Under the pieces are notes generated by a model that was not told where the DNA came from, searched no databases, and saw nothing but the letters and a program-made list of their open reading frames with translations. A stretch of DNA of 64,000 nucleotides from Treponemataceae bacterium (GTDB lineage: Bacteria > Spirochaetota > Spirochaetia > Treponematales > Rectinemataceae). Position numbers and translations under genes: made by a program. Every line of letters begins with the position of its first letter. Positions within the stretch are counted from its first letter, which is position 1. The DNA lies in contig CAXXVZ010000005.1 in NCBI GenBank assembly GCA_963678065.2, forward strand, positions 1,184,001 through 1,248,000, in the 5' to 3' direction. Shown in pieces: positions 10,980 to 19,614 of this stretch.

Positions 10980-11867
10980 GTGTTCGATCTGAACGATATC
11001 ACGACGGAGAATATCATTTTCGCCATGGAAGACCAGGCCCATTCCGTCGTGATCGACCCGGAAACAGGCCAGGCCGTGAAGATCGATGAAGCGCTCGACG
11101 GTGGCGGAAGGATGGTTTCGCCGCCCATGTGGACTTCGAGCGACGGTTTCAACCTCATGGAGGACTTTCTCCTTCAAGTACGGAATCCGAACGCCCGACG
11201 CGAGCTTTCCGCTGCGCTCGGTCGGGGCAAGGGAGTTTTCAAGGCTTTCAAGGAGGCGCTCTCGGCTTTTCCGGAAGTGGACAAGTCTTTTCGCGTGTAC
11301 AAACTGCGCGCCATGAAGCGCAAAATCCGCGAATGGTACGATGACCTGCGCGAGGCGAAAGGGCTTGAGCGGCTTGGAGTCGAGCCCGAGGAGACGGGCG
11401 AGCTGCTGTGGTCGGATCTGGCTTTCCGGACCGGCAGCTCCGAGGACATGCTGGAGAACCTTCTGGCCTTGCTCGCCGAGGCGGAAGAGGATCACTGCGA
11501 GGAAATTCCCGCGATCATCGTCGAGCTGGCGATCGCGCGGCTGCGCGAAGAACTCAAATCCGGCCGCCAGGGACTCTGCGCGGTCAGCGACGACGACTCC
11601 GGCGGAATCCTCGCCTGCGCCCTCGGTTTTGTCAGGCGTTCCGGCACGCGAACATTCGGATCAATCGAGTTCATCCATGTCCGACAGGGCTTCAGGCGAA
11701 TGGGACTCGGGAGCGCCGTCCTCGACATGCTTGCGGAGGCCTTCACCGAGGCCGGCGTCAGCCTTGTCATCGTCGATTCACCCCTTGTTCCCCCCGAATA
11801 CACTGCTGCCCTGTCCGCGAGGGGATTCAGGAATTTCGGAATCCGGGCGATAGCTCCCCGGAGCTGA
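10980..11867 (+). CDS. UPF0158 domain fused to a C-terminal GNAT acetyltransferase domain
   Basis: N-half has GFNLMEDF...LSAALGRGKGVFKAFKEAL (UPF0158-like); C-half has IHVRQGFRRMGLGS (GNAT motif A); GGAGG SD before GTG. Confidence 0.7.
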   Translation: MFDLNDITTENIIFAMEDQAHSVVIDPETGQAVKIDEALDGGGRMVSPPMWTSSDGFNLMEDFLLQVRNPNARRELSAALGRGKGVFKAFKEALSAFPEVDKSFRVYKLRAMKRKIREWYDDLREAKGLERLGVEPEETGELLWSDLAFRTGSSEDMLENLLALLAEAEEDHCEEIPAIIVELAIARLREELKSGRQGLCAVSDDDSGGILACALGFVRRSGTRTFGSIEFIHVRQGFRRMGLGSAVLDMLAEAFTEAGVSLVIVDSPLVPPEYTAALSARGFRNFGIRAIAPRS

Positions 11868-11953
11868 ATGCCGCGACCCGCGTCGCGGGTATTGCTGGAG
11901 GATGGAGGCCGACTGAGTATGGCGGGCGACGCAGCGATGATCTGCGCAGAAGC

Positions 11954-12268
11954 TCACTCTGTCATCCAGCCGTAGTGGGCGAGATTTACCCTGCCATCGG
12001 GGCTCACCTCGACGTTTTCAGCCTCCAGAAGGCTTTTCTGCAGCTCGAATCCTCCTCCGGGCGGAAGAGCGATGCAGCCGTCGCGCCTGATGACCCTGTG
12101 CCAGGGGAGATTGTCTGTCCGGGAACGGGTGTTGAGAATGCGGACGACCTGACGGGCGCCGCGCGGGTTGCCAGCAAGGGCCGCAATGCTGCCGTAGGTG
12201 GTCACCTTCCCTTCGGGTATAGATGCCATCGCGCGGACAATGTTTTCCGTGAACTCTGATGCCATCAT
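11954..12268 (-). CDS. MGMT-family alkyltransferase-like protein (YbaZ/Atl1 type)
   Basis: IPEGKVTTYGSIA, ARQV, LPWHRVI (PWHR instead of catalytic PCHR). Confidence 0.9.
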   Translation of the reverse strand: MMASEFTENIVRAMASIPEGKVTTYGSIAALAGNPRGARQVVRILNTRSRTDNLPWHRVIRRDGCIALPPGGGFELQKSLLEAENVEVSPDGRVNLAHYGWMTE

Positions 12269-12428
12269 GGTCTCCTTACGTTCCTGAGTATAACCTGGAA
12301 AAGCCCGGCGCGAACCAGGGATAGGCTCCGGTTCGCGTCGGAGTCGCTACTTTACATTTTTTCGAATTTTGTAAATTATGAATTTCGTCCGTCCTTCGGG
12401 ATGCCGACGATATACGAGGAGGGCAAAG

Positions 12429-13349
12429 GTGAAGACCTGTTTCCTGTTCCCCGGCCAAGGCGCGCAGTACCCCGGCATGGGCAGCGACTTTTACGAGACG
12501 AGCGCGGCGGTCCGCGACTTGTTCGAACTTGCATCCGATTCCGCATCCATGAACCTCAAGAAACTCATCTTCGAAGGCAGTGAAGAGGAACTCAAACAGA
12601 CCCGCAACACGCAGATAGCGGTGGCTCTGATCGGCTCCTCGGCCGCCATCTGCGCGCGCGAACACGGAATTCTGCTCTCCGGGGCCGCGGGATTCTCCGT
12701 CGGGGAATGGCCGGCCCTCGCCGAAGCGGGCGTCGTGAGCCACGCCGATATGTTCAGACTGGTCAGCCATCGCGGGAGGCTCATGGATGAAGCGGGCGCG
12801 GCATCCGGAGGCTCCACAATGAGCGCCGTGCTCTTCCTCGCGCCTGAAAAAATCGAGAGTGTCATCGCGGAAGCCGGCCTGCGCAGCGTATGGGTGGCCA
12901 ATTTCAACAGCCCCAACCAGTGTGTCATCTCCGGGACCGAGGTTGACATCGCGGCGGCGGAAGAGAAGCTCAAGGCGGCCGGCGCCAAGCGGGTCGTGCG
13001 GCTTAAAGTTTCGGGCGCCTTCCACTCCCCCATCATGGCTCCGGCCCGCGACGCGTTCGTCGAATTCGTCTCCGCGACGGTTTTCTCCGATCCGGTCATT
13101 CCCGTCTACTCCAATGTCACGGGCGGGCTCATCCCGAGCGGCGCCGAGGCAAAAAGACTCGCCGTACTCCAGATCGTGAGCCCGGTCCGCTGGATTGCCG
13201 AAGAGATGAGCATCATGCAGTCGGGTTTCGAGCGGGTGATCGAGACCGGCCCCGGCACCGTTCTCTCCGGACTCTGGAAGGCAGTGTCGCCGGACAAAGC
13301 CTGCCTGCCCTGCGGGACGCTCGACCAGATCGCTGCCATATCGCTCTGA
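12429..13349 (+). CDS. fabD: malonyl-CoA:ACP transacylase
   Basis: FLFPGQGAQ, GFSVGE, VANFNSPNQ, VSGAFHS, ETGPG; GAGGAG SD before GTG. Confidence 0.93.
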   Translation: MKTCFLFPGQGAQYPGMGSDFYETSAAVRDLFELASDSASMNLKKLIFEGSEEELKQTRNTQIAVALIGSSAAICAREHGILLSGAAGFSVGEWPALAEAGVVSHADMFRLVSHRGRLMDEAGAASGGSTMSAVLFLAPEKIESVIAEAGLRSVWVANFNSPNQCVISGTEVDIAAAEEKLKAAGAKRVVRLKVSGAFHSPIMAPARDAFVEFVSATVFSDPVIPVYSNVTGGLIPSGAEAKRLAVLQIVSPVRWIAEEMSIMQSGFERVIETGPGTVLSGLWKAVSPDKACLPCGTLDQIAAISL

Positions 13350-13372
13350 TATCCGCTACCGGAGGAAACAGC

Positions 13373-14110
13373 ATGGAAGCACTGCTTAAAGACAAGATTT
13401 GCGTCGTGACCGGCGGCTCGAAAGGCATCGGCCTCGCCATCGTCAGGCTTTTCGCCGCCGAAGGCGCGCGCGTCTTTTATTTTTCCCGCACGCAGGCGGA
13501 AGGCGCAGGTTCCACGCCTGAGGGGCAGCACGCGCCAGTCTGGATCGGCTGCGATGTCGCCGACGAAGCCCAGGTCGAGGCGGCCATGGACAAAGTCGTC
13601 AAGACGGCCGGCGCCCCCGACTGCCTCGTGAACAACGCCGGCGTGACTCGGGACGGCCTCGTCTTCCGCATGAGCCTCGCGGACTGGGACACAGTCATCC
13701 GCACGAACCTCACGAGCGCCTTCCTGACATCCCGGGTCGCGGCGCGCCACATGATCAAGCGCCGTTCGGGTTGTATCGTCAATCTTTCCAGCGTCGTCGG
13801 CATCATGGGCAATGGCGGCCAGACCAACTACGCCGCGTCCAAGGCGGGAATCATCGGCTTCACGAAGAGCCTCGCGAAGGAAGTCGCCTCGCGCGGGGTG
13901 CGCGTGAACGCCGTCGCCCCCGGCTACATCGACACCTCCATGACGGACAAGATCCCCGAAGAGATGAAGGACAGGCTCCGTCAGGCCATCCCTCTCGGCA
14001 GGACGGGCGCCGCCGACGAGGTCGCGAAGGCAGTTCTCTTTCTGTGCTCGGATATGGCATCATACGTGACGGGCGAAGTGCTCAAAGTCGACGGCGGAAT
14101 GGGGATGTAA
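13373..14110 (+). CDS. fabG: 3-oxoacyl-ACP reductase
   Basis: TGGSKGIG, NNAGVTRD, NYAASKAG; located between fabD and fabF. Confidence 0.93.
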   Translation: MEALLKDKICVVTGGSKGIGLAIVRLFAAEGARVFYFSRTQAEGAGSTPEGQHAPVWIGCDVADEAQVEAAMDKVVKTAGAPDCLVNNAGVTRDGLVFRMSLADWDTVIRTNLTSAFLTSRVAARHMIKRRSGCIVNLSSVVGIMGNGGQTNYAASKAGIIGFTKSLAKEVASRGVRVNAVAPGYIDTSMTDKIPEEMKDRLRQAIPLGRTGAADEVAKAVLFLCSDMASYVTGEVLKVDGGMGM

Positions 14111-14111
14111 C

Positions 14112-15359
14112 ATGAGTGCACGGCGAGTAGTGGTAACCGGTCTCGGCGTTGTCAGCCCGATCGGGAATGATGTTCCGACTTTCTGGGAATCTGTCAAAGC
14201 GGGAAAGAGCGGCATCGGACCGATCACGATGGTCGACGCGAGCGACCTCGCGACGAAAATTGCCGGCGAAGTCAAAAATTTTGATCCTTCTCTCCGGCTG
14301 GACTCGAAAGAAGCGCGGAAAATGGACCGCTTCTCCCAGTTCGCGGTCTACGCGGCTATGGAAGCGGTCGCGGACGCGGGCCTCAAGCCGGGCGACTACG
14401 ATCCCGAAAGGACTGGGGTCTGCCTCGGCACAGGGCAAGGAGGATCGCGCAGCATCGAGGAAGGCATCGAGCGCCTCGTCGAGCGCGGCCCCTCGCGCGT
14501 GCCACCGATGACCATCGTGAAAGTCCTCGCCAACTTCGGCGCGGCCAACATCGCCATCTACACCGGCGCGACCGGCCCCTGCCAGTGCATCGTCACGGCC
14601 TGCGCCGCCGGCACCGACGCCCTCGGCACAGGCATGCGCTGGATCCGCGAAGGCTACACCGACCTCGTCTTCGCCGGCGGCTCGGAGGCAAGCATCATCC
14701 GCATCTGCATCTCCAGCTTCGGCATGATTCAGGCCCTCTCCACCCGGAACGACGAGCCCGAACGCGCATCGCGCCCCTTCGACAAAGACAGGGACGGCTT
14801 CGTCATGGCCGAGGGCGCGGGCGTCCTTGTCCTCGAGGACTACGAGCACGCAAAGGCGCGCGGCGCGAAGATCTACTGCGAGCTGGCGGGATTCGGGACC
14901 ACCTGCGACGCTCACCACCTCACCGCGCCCGATCCCGAAGGCCGCGGCGTGGCCCGCGCCATGCAACAGGCTATCGCGGATGCGGGACTCGTGCCGGAGG
15001 ACATCGATTACGTCAGCGCGCACGGAACCTCGACCCCGATGAACGATCCCATCGAGACCAAGGCCATCAAGCACGCCTTCGGCGAGCACGCGTACAGGCT
15101 CAAGATCTCTTCCCTCAAGTCGATGACGGGACACTGTATCGGCGCGGCGGGCGCCATCGAGGCCGTCGCTACGGTCAAGGCCATCCAGGAGGGCTTCGTG
15201 CCCGCCACCATCAACCTGGAGAATCCCGATCCCCAGTGCGACCTGGATTACGTTCCGAATACCGGCATCAGCATGCCGATCCGCGCCGCGGTCAAGAATT
15301 CCATCGGATTCGGCGGACAGAACGCCGTCGTCGTTTTCAGGAAATTTCCGCGGGACTGA
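14112..15359 (+). CDS. fabF: beta-ketoacyl-ACP synthase II
   Basis: RRVVVTGLG, TACAAG catalytic Cys, AHGTST, KSMTGH, NSIGFGGQN. Confidence 0.95.
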   Translation: MSARRVVVTGLGVVSPIGNDVPTFWESVKAGKSGIGPITMVDASDLATKIAGEVKNFDPSLRLDSKEARKMDRFSQFAVYAAMEAVADAGLKPGDYDPERTGVCLGTGQGGSRSIEEGIERLVERGPSRVPPMTIVKVLANFGAANIAIYTGATGPCQCIVTACAAGTDALGTGMRWIREGYTDLVFAGGSEASIIRICISSFGMIQALSTRNDEPERASRPFDKDRDGFVMAEGAGVLVLEDYEHAKARGAKIYCELAGFGTTCDAHHLTAPDPEGRGVARAMQQAIADAGLVPEDIDYVSAHGTSTPMNDPIETKAIKHAFGEHAYRLKISSLKSMTGHCIGAAGAIEAVATVKAIQEGFVPATINLENPDPQCDLDYVPNTGISMPIRAAVKNSIGFGGQNAVVVFRKFPRD

Positions 15360-15407
15360 ACGCGCCGGGATATGGCGGGAAATGTCATTTGAAGGCATAG
15401 TGCTTCC

Positions 15408-17543
15408 ATGTACGAAGTTAAACCGGGTAACCCATTCCCCCTCGGTGCCTACACCGGCCCCGAGGGAGTGAATTTTTCGATTTTTTCGCGCCACGCGACG
15501 GCGATAACTCTTTGCCTCTACGACGAATCCCATGATTCCGAACCGACCTTCAGCTACACCCTCGATCCGAGGCTCAACAAGACGGGCGACATCTGGCATT
15601 GCCGGGTCCGCGGCGCCGGTGCCGGCACACTCTATCTCTGGCGGGCGGACGGCCCCTACGATCCTCTGGCGGGGCACCGATTCAATCACAACAAGGCCCT
15701 CGTCGACCCCTACGCGCGGGCTCTGACCGACGATTTTCCCATGAACCACATAGCTGCCTACGCGTACGATCCCGATTCCGAGATGCTCGATCTCTCTTTC
15801 TCGGCAACGAGGAACGACGGCACCATGCCCAAGGCCATCGTCGTGGCGGACGAGTTCGACTGGCAGGGCGACCGGCCTCTGAATTACCCTCTGCGCAACT
15901 GTATACTGTATGAAACTCACGTGAAGGGCCTCAGCATGCACCCGAACGCCGGCGTGGCCAATCCGGGCACCTACCGCGGCGTCGTCGAGATGATCCCCTA
16001 TTTCAGGAAGCTCGGCATCACGAGCCTCGAGTTTCTTCCGGTGCAGGAATTCGACGAGTTCGAAAATTTCAGGCACAACCCGACATCGGGCGAACGGCTG
16101 CGGAACTACTGGGGATACTCGACGATCTCTTTTTTCGCTCCCAAGTGCTCCTACTCCTCCGACCGCAGTCAGGGCGGCCAGGTGGGTGAGTTCAAGTACA
16201 TGGTGCGCGAACTGCACAAGGCTGGCCTCGAAGTCATCCTCGACATCGTCTTCAACCACACCGCCGAGGGCAACGAGCTCGGACCCACCATCAATTTCCG
16301 CGGCCTCGACAATGTCATGTACTACATGCTGGACGAGGAGAAGCGCTACTACAAGAATTATTCGGGCTGCGGCAACACCCTCAACTGCAACCATCCCGTC
16401 CTGCGCTCCCTCATCATGGACTGCCTCCACTACTGGGTCTGCGACATGCACGTGGACGGTTTCCGCTTCGATCTCGGTTCGATCCTGGGCCGCGATTCCA
16501 CCGGAAAGCTGCTCGAAAATCCGCCCGTCGTCGAGCGTATCGCGGAAGATCCCCTCCTTCGGGACACCAAGATCATCGCCGAAGCCTGGGACGCGGGCGG
16601 GGCCTACCAGGTCGGGTGGTTCCCCGGGAACCGCTGGGCGGAGTGGAACGACCGCTTCCGGGACGATGTCAGAAAATTCTGGCGCGGCGATCCGAAGAGC
16701 GTCACGCAGCTTGCCACGCGCCTCACCGGGTCGAGCGACCTCTATCTGCGCAACGATCGCAAGCCATTCCACTCCATCAACTTTGTCACCGCCCACGACG
16801 GATTCACGCTCAATGACCTGGTTTCCTATTCGCGCAAGCACAACGAGGCCAATGGCGAGAACAACCACGACGGCAGCGATTCCAACCTCAGCGCCAACTA
16901 CGGCATCGAAGGGCCGGCGGCCAGTCCGGAAATCGAGAGACTGCGCAACCGGCAGGTCAAAAATTTCCTGGCGACCATCCTCCTCTCCGCGGGGACGCCC
17001 ATGATCCTCGGCGGCGACGAACTCAGGCGGACTCAGAAGGGAAACAACAACGCGTATTGCCAGAACAACGAGATCAGCTGGTACGACTGGAGCTTTCTGC
17101 AGAAGCACGCGGACGTCCACCGCTTCTGCTCGGCCCTCATCGCTTTCCGGAAGAGTCACCACGCATTGCGCAGGCCGGATTTCTTCAAAGGCACGGACGG
17201 CGACGACAACGCCATCCCCGACATAACCTGGTACGATGAAAGAGGGCTTCCGCCCGACTGGTCTTCCGTCGACCTGCGGATAGCGGCGCTCATCGACGGT
17301 TCCCGGAATGACTGCTGCGGCGAGGTCGACGACAACCATTTCTATCTCGCCTTCAACGCCTCGGCCGAAGGCTGTACTTTTGCCATCCCCAGGCTCCCCG
17401 ATGGGAAAACCTGGCGCAGGGCCATCGATACCTCGCTCGAGGCGCCGGAGGACTGCGTCGAGCCGGGACGCGAAGCAACTCTCGAACCCTTCGACGCCTA
17501 CCGGGTGGAAGGGAAATCGCTGGTTGTGCTCCTCTCCGGCTGA
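15408..17543 (+). CDS. glgX: glycogen debranching enzyme / isoamylase (GH13)
   Basis: GVNFSIFS, NYWGY, DIVFNHTAEG, VDGFRFDL, IAEAWD, HDGFTLNDLVSY, GNNNAYCQ. Confidence 0.95.
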   Translation: MYEVKPGNPFPLGAYTGPEGVNFSIFSRHATAITLCLYDESHDSEPTFSYTLDPRLNKTGDIWHCRVRGAGAGTLYLWRADGPYDPLAGHRFNHNKALVDPYARALTDDFPMNHIAAYAYDPDSEMLDLSFSATRNDGTMPKAIVVADEFDWQGDRPLNYPLRNCILYETHVKGLSMHPNAGVANPGTYRGVVEMIPYFRKLGITSLEFLPVQEFDEFENFRHNPTSGERLRNYWGYSTISFFAPKCSYSSDRSQGGQVGEFKYMVRELHKAGLEVILDIVFNHTAEGNELGPTINFRGLDNVMYYMLDEEKRYYKNYSGCGNTLNCNHPVLRSLIMDCLHYWVCDMHVDGFRFDLGSILGRDSTGKLLENPPVVERIAEDPLLRDTKIIAEAWDAGGAYQVGWFPGNRWAEWNDRFRDDVRKFWRGDPKSVTQLATRLTGSSDLYLRNDRKPFHSINFVTAHDGFTLNDLVSYSRKHNEANGENNHDGSDSNLSANYGIEGPAASPEIERLRNRQVKNFLATILLSAGTPMILGGDELRRTQKGNNNAYCQNNEISWYDWSFLQKHADVHRFCSALIAFRKSHHALRRPDFFKGTDGDDNAIPDITWYDERGLPPDWSSVDLRIAALIDGSRNDCCGEVDDNHFYLAFNASAEGCTFAIPRLPDGKTWRRAIDTSLEAPEDCVEPGREATLEPFDAYRVEGKSLVVLLSG

Positions 17544-17597
17544 GGCGGACATGAGGATTTGCCAGGCCCTTATCCTGCATAGTACATTATTACTGCA

Positions 17598-18281
17598 ATG
17601 AGGAAAGAAACACGCGCGACAAACGACAGCGAATTCCGCAGGGGAAAGCGAGATCTGGCCCGGCACCGTCCTGACCTGGCCATGATGCATTTTCGCGCTG
17701 TCGTCGAATCCACACCCGTGGAAGACACCAGGGCCTTCGTCGAAGCGATGTACTGGCTTGCCGTTTCCTTTTTCAGGCTCGACAAGCCCGAGCTCGCGAT
17801 AAAGACCCTCGCCTCGGCCCAACGGATACGCCGGAGAGGAGTCGTGCGGGATGCCTACCTCGCCTGGGTGAACGGGTACGGCATGATCCGGCGCGGAAAG
17901 TCTGAGCTGGACGATTTCTATGCCTATTCCTCGCTGCAGATCGGCTCATACCTCGGCAAAAAACGGATGAAGCGCTTCGATTCCATGGAAGAGAAGGACA
18001 TCGTCATGAGGATCGTGACGGACGCATGGAAGAGGCTCTGCGCTTCCGGAATGCTCGAGGGGAAGTCCTGCAGCGAAAAACTGGGGCTTTTCAAGTCCCG
18101 CAAACCGATCTTCCCATCCTTCCGGCAGGGAGCCAGGGGTTCCGGTGCGCGGATGCTGGCCGGGGAATTCGGCACCGCAGCCTGCCTGGAGAACGAAGCC
18201 CGCTGCGTCTGCGGTTCGGGTCTGCCATACTGCATGTGTTGCGGGCGCATTCCCGGCCTGAGGGAGTTGTCCGGTGGGTGA
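17598..18281 (+). CDS. hypothetical protein with C-terminal SEC-C-like zinc motif
   Basis: Terminal CVCGSGLPYCMCCG; helical, TPR-like N-terminal part. Confidence 0.65.
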   Translation: MRKETRATNDSEFRRGKRDLARHRPDLAMMHFRAVVESTPVEDTRAFVEAMYWLAVSFFRLDKPELAIKTLASAQRIRRRGVVRDAYLAWVNGYGMIRRGKSELDDFYAYSSLQIGSYLGKKRMKRFDSMEEKDIVMRIVTDAWKRLCASGMLEGKSCSEKLGLFKSRKPIFPSFRQGARGSGARMLAGEFGTAACLENEARCVCGSGLPYCMCCGRIPGLRELSGG

Positions 18282-18512
18282 AAAAGACACACAAATTCGC
18301 TCCCAGTTTTGTACTGTGTCGTTTTTATACAGGATTATTCCCGATTCCCCGCGATGTGGGGCTGGTTGTGGCTTTTCGACGCATTTTTATTATATTTAAG
18401 AATGTATATAGAATAGAAAGCTTGAAAGCCCGCACATGATCGTTATAGATAAATATTTCTATGTCAATACTTTATAAAATTATCTCCAGCGGTGTTCTGT
18501 TTTTTACTGTTC

Positions 18513-18529
18513 TTGGCACGCAACGTGCA
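18513..18529 (+). promoter_or_regulatory. sigma54 (RpoN) -24/-12 promoter
   Basis: TTGGCACG-CAAC-GTGCA versus consensus TGGCACR-N4-TTGCW: GG and GC correctly spaced, one mismatch; preceded by a long AT-rich tract. Confidence 0.7.
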
Positions 18530-18535
18530 GGATGA

Positions 18536-18558
18536 ATTGCATCCCAGGAGGATGCAAT
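18536..18558 (+). promoter_or_regulatory. hairpin covering SD and start codon of the sigma factor gene
   Basis: ATTGCATCC-CAGGA-GGATGCAAT is a perfect 9-bp stem; AGGAGG SD spans the loop and right arm, and the AT of ATG is in the right arm. Confidence 0.55.
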
Positions 18559-19429
18559 GACGAAGAAAAAAACGTTGAACACCAAGAGCGCCCTTAACGC
18601 AGACGATAATATTCTCTCGATGTACCTCAAGGAAATAAACCGCATTCCCCTCCTCTCCCGCAAAGAGGAAGACACATACGCCCGCGCCGCCGCGGCCGGC
18701 GACAAGCGCGCCAAAGACATGCTCGTGAAATCGAATCTCCGTTTCGTGGTCAATGTCGCCAAGAAATACCAGAATCAGGGCATGCCCCTCGCGGATCTGA
18801 TCTCCGAAGGAAATATCGGCCTCATCAACGCCATCGAGAAATACGATGTCGACAAGGGCTACCATTTCATCTCCTACGCCGTCTGGTGGATACGCCAGGC
18901 CATTCTCAAGGCAATATGCGAGAAGTCGAGAGTCATCCGCCTGCCGCTCAACAGGGCCAATGAGCTTGTCCAGATAGAGAAGGCGCGCAAGATGCTCGAG
19001 GGAGCCTACACCGAAGACGCCGAGATCCGCGAGATCGCCCGTTTCCTCGGCATGGAACCCGAGCACGTCGCCGACCTCGTGGCCGTGAGCCGCGACCTCG
19101 TCTCGCTGGAGACGCCCGTCTTTGACGAGCGCGATTCCTCTGTCGTCGGCGACTTCGTCGAGAACGACAGCTACGAGAGTCCCGAGTCCTTCGTCATCGA
19201 GTCAGGGCTCAAGGAAGATATCAACACCGTCCTCGAGACGCTGACCGCCAAGGAGAGGGAGGTCATCGAATACCGCTTCGGACTCAACGGCCGCAGAGCC
19301 ATGAGCCTGAAGGAAATCGGAGACCGCTTCGACCTCACCAAGGAGCGCATCCGCCAGATCGAGAAGAACGCCCTGCGCAAGCTGAGCGTGCCCGAGACGA
19401 TGGATATCCTCGAGACCTACGTGGCCTGA
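18557..19429 (+). CDS. RNA polymerase sigma70 factor lacking region 1.1 (RpoD/RpoS-like alternative sigma)
   Basis: MYLKEINRIPLL (1.2), NLRFVVNVAKKY and DLISEGNIGL (2), SYAVWWIRQAI, LKEIG...LTKERIRQIEKNALRKL (4.2); 290 aa. Confidence 0.92.
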   Translation: MTKKKTLNTKSALNADDNILSMYLKEINRIPLLSRKEEDTYARAAAAGDKRAKDMLVKSNLRFVVNVAKKYQNQGMPLADLISEGNIGLINAIEKYDVDKGYHFISYAVWWIRQAILKAICEKSRVIRLPLNRANELVQIEKARKMLEGAYTEDAEIREIARFLGMEPEHVADLVAVSRDLVSLETPVFDERDSSVVGDFVENDSYESPESFVIESGLKEDINTVLETLTAKEREVIEYRFGLNGRRAMSLKEIGDRFDLTKERIRQIEKNALRKLSVPETMDILETYVA

Positions 19430-19479
19430 TCCGCAACGTTCTTTTTGAGTGCAAGCCCGACATCGCGCGGGCCAATAGG

Positions 19480-19516
19480 AAAAGGCTCCGGAACCGGATG
19501 GTTCCGGAGCCTTTTT
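19480..19516. terminator. bidirectional intrinsic terminator
   Basis: AAAAGGCTCCGGAACC-GGAT-GGTTCCGGAGCCTTTTT perfect stem with A and T tails, between convergent genes. Confidence 0.85.
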
Positions 19517-19614
19517 GCGTTCGGGGCGAATGGCCGGTATCGCGGGATCGCCTTTCAGGCATCGCCTACCGGGCGCCGCCCGATAGGCGATACGCTTCGG
19601 GCGGGAGCCGGGCG

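Noticed and set aside
14082..17822. Very long antisense ORFs (1246 aa here; also 10-1365, 5009-7120, 7060-9723, 47305-49098, 49795-51657)
   Set aside because: They mirror well-supported genes on the opposite strand, have no recognisable motifs, and are expected from stop-codon scarcity in high-GC coding DNA.
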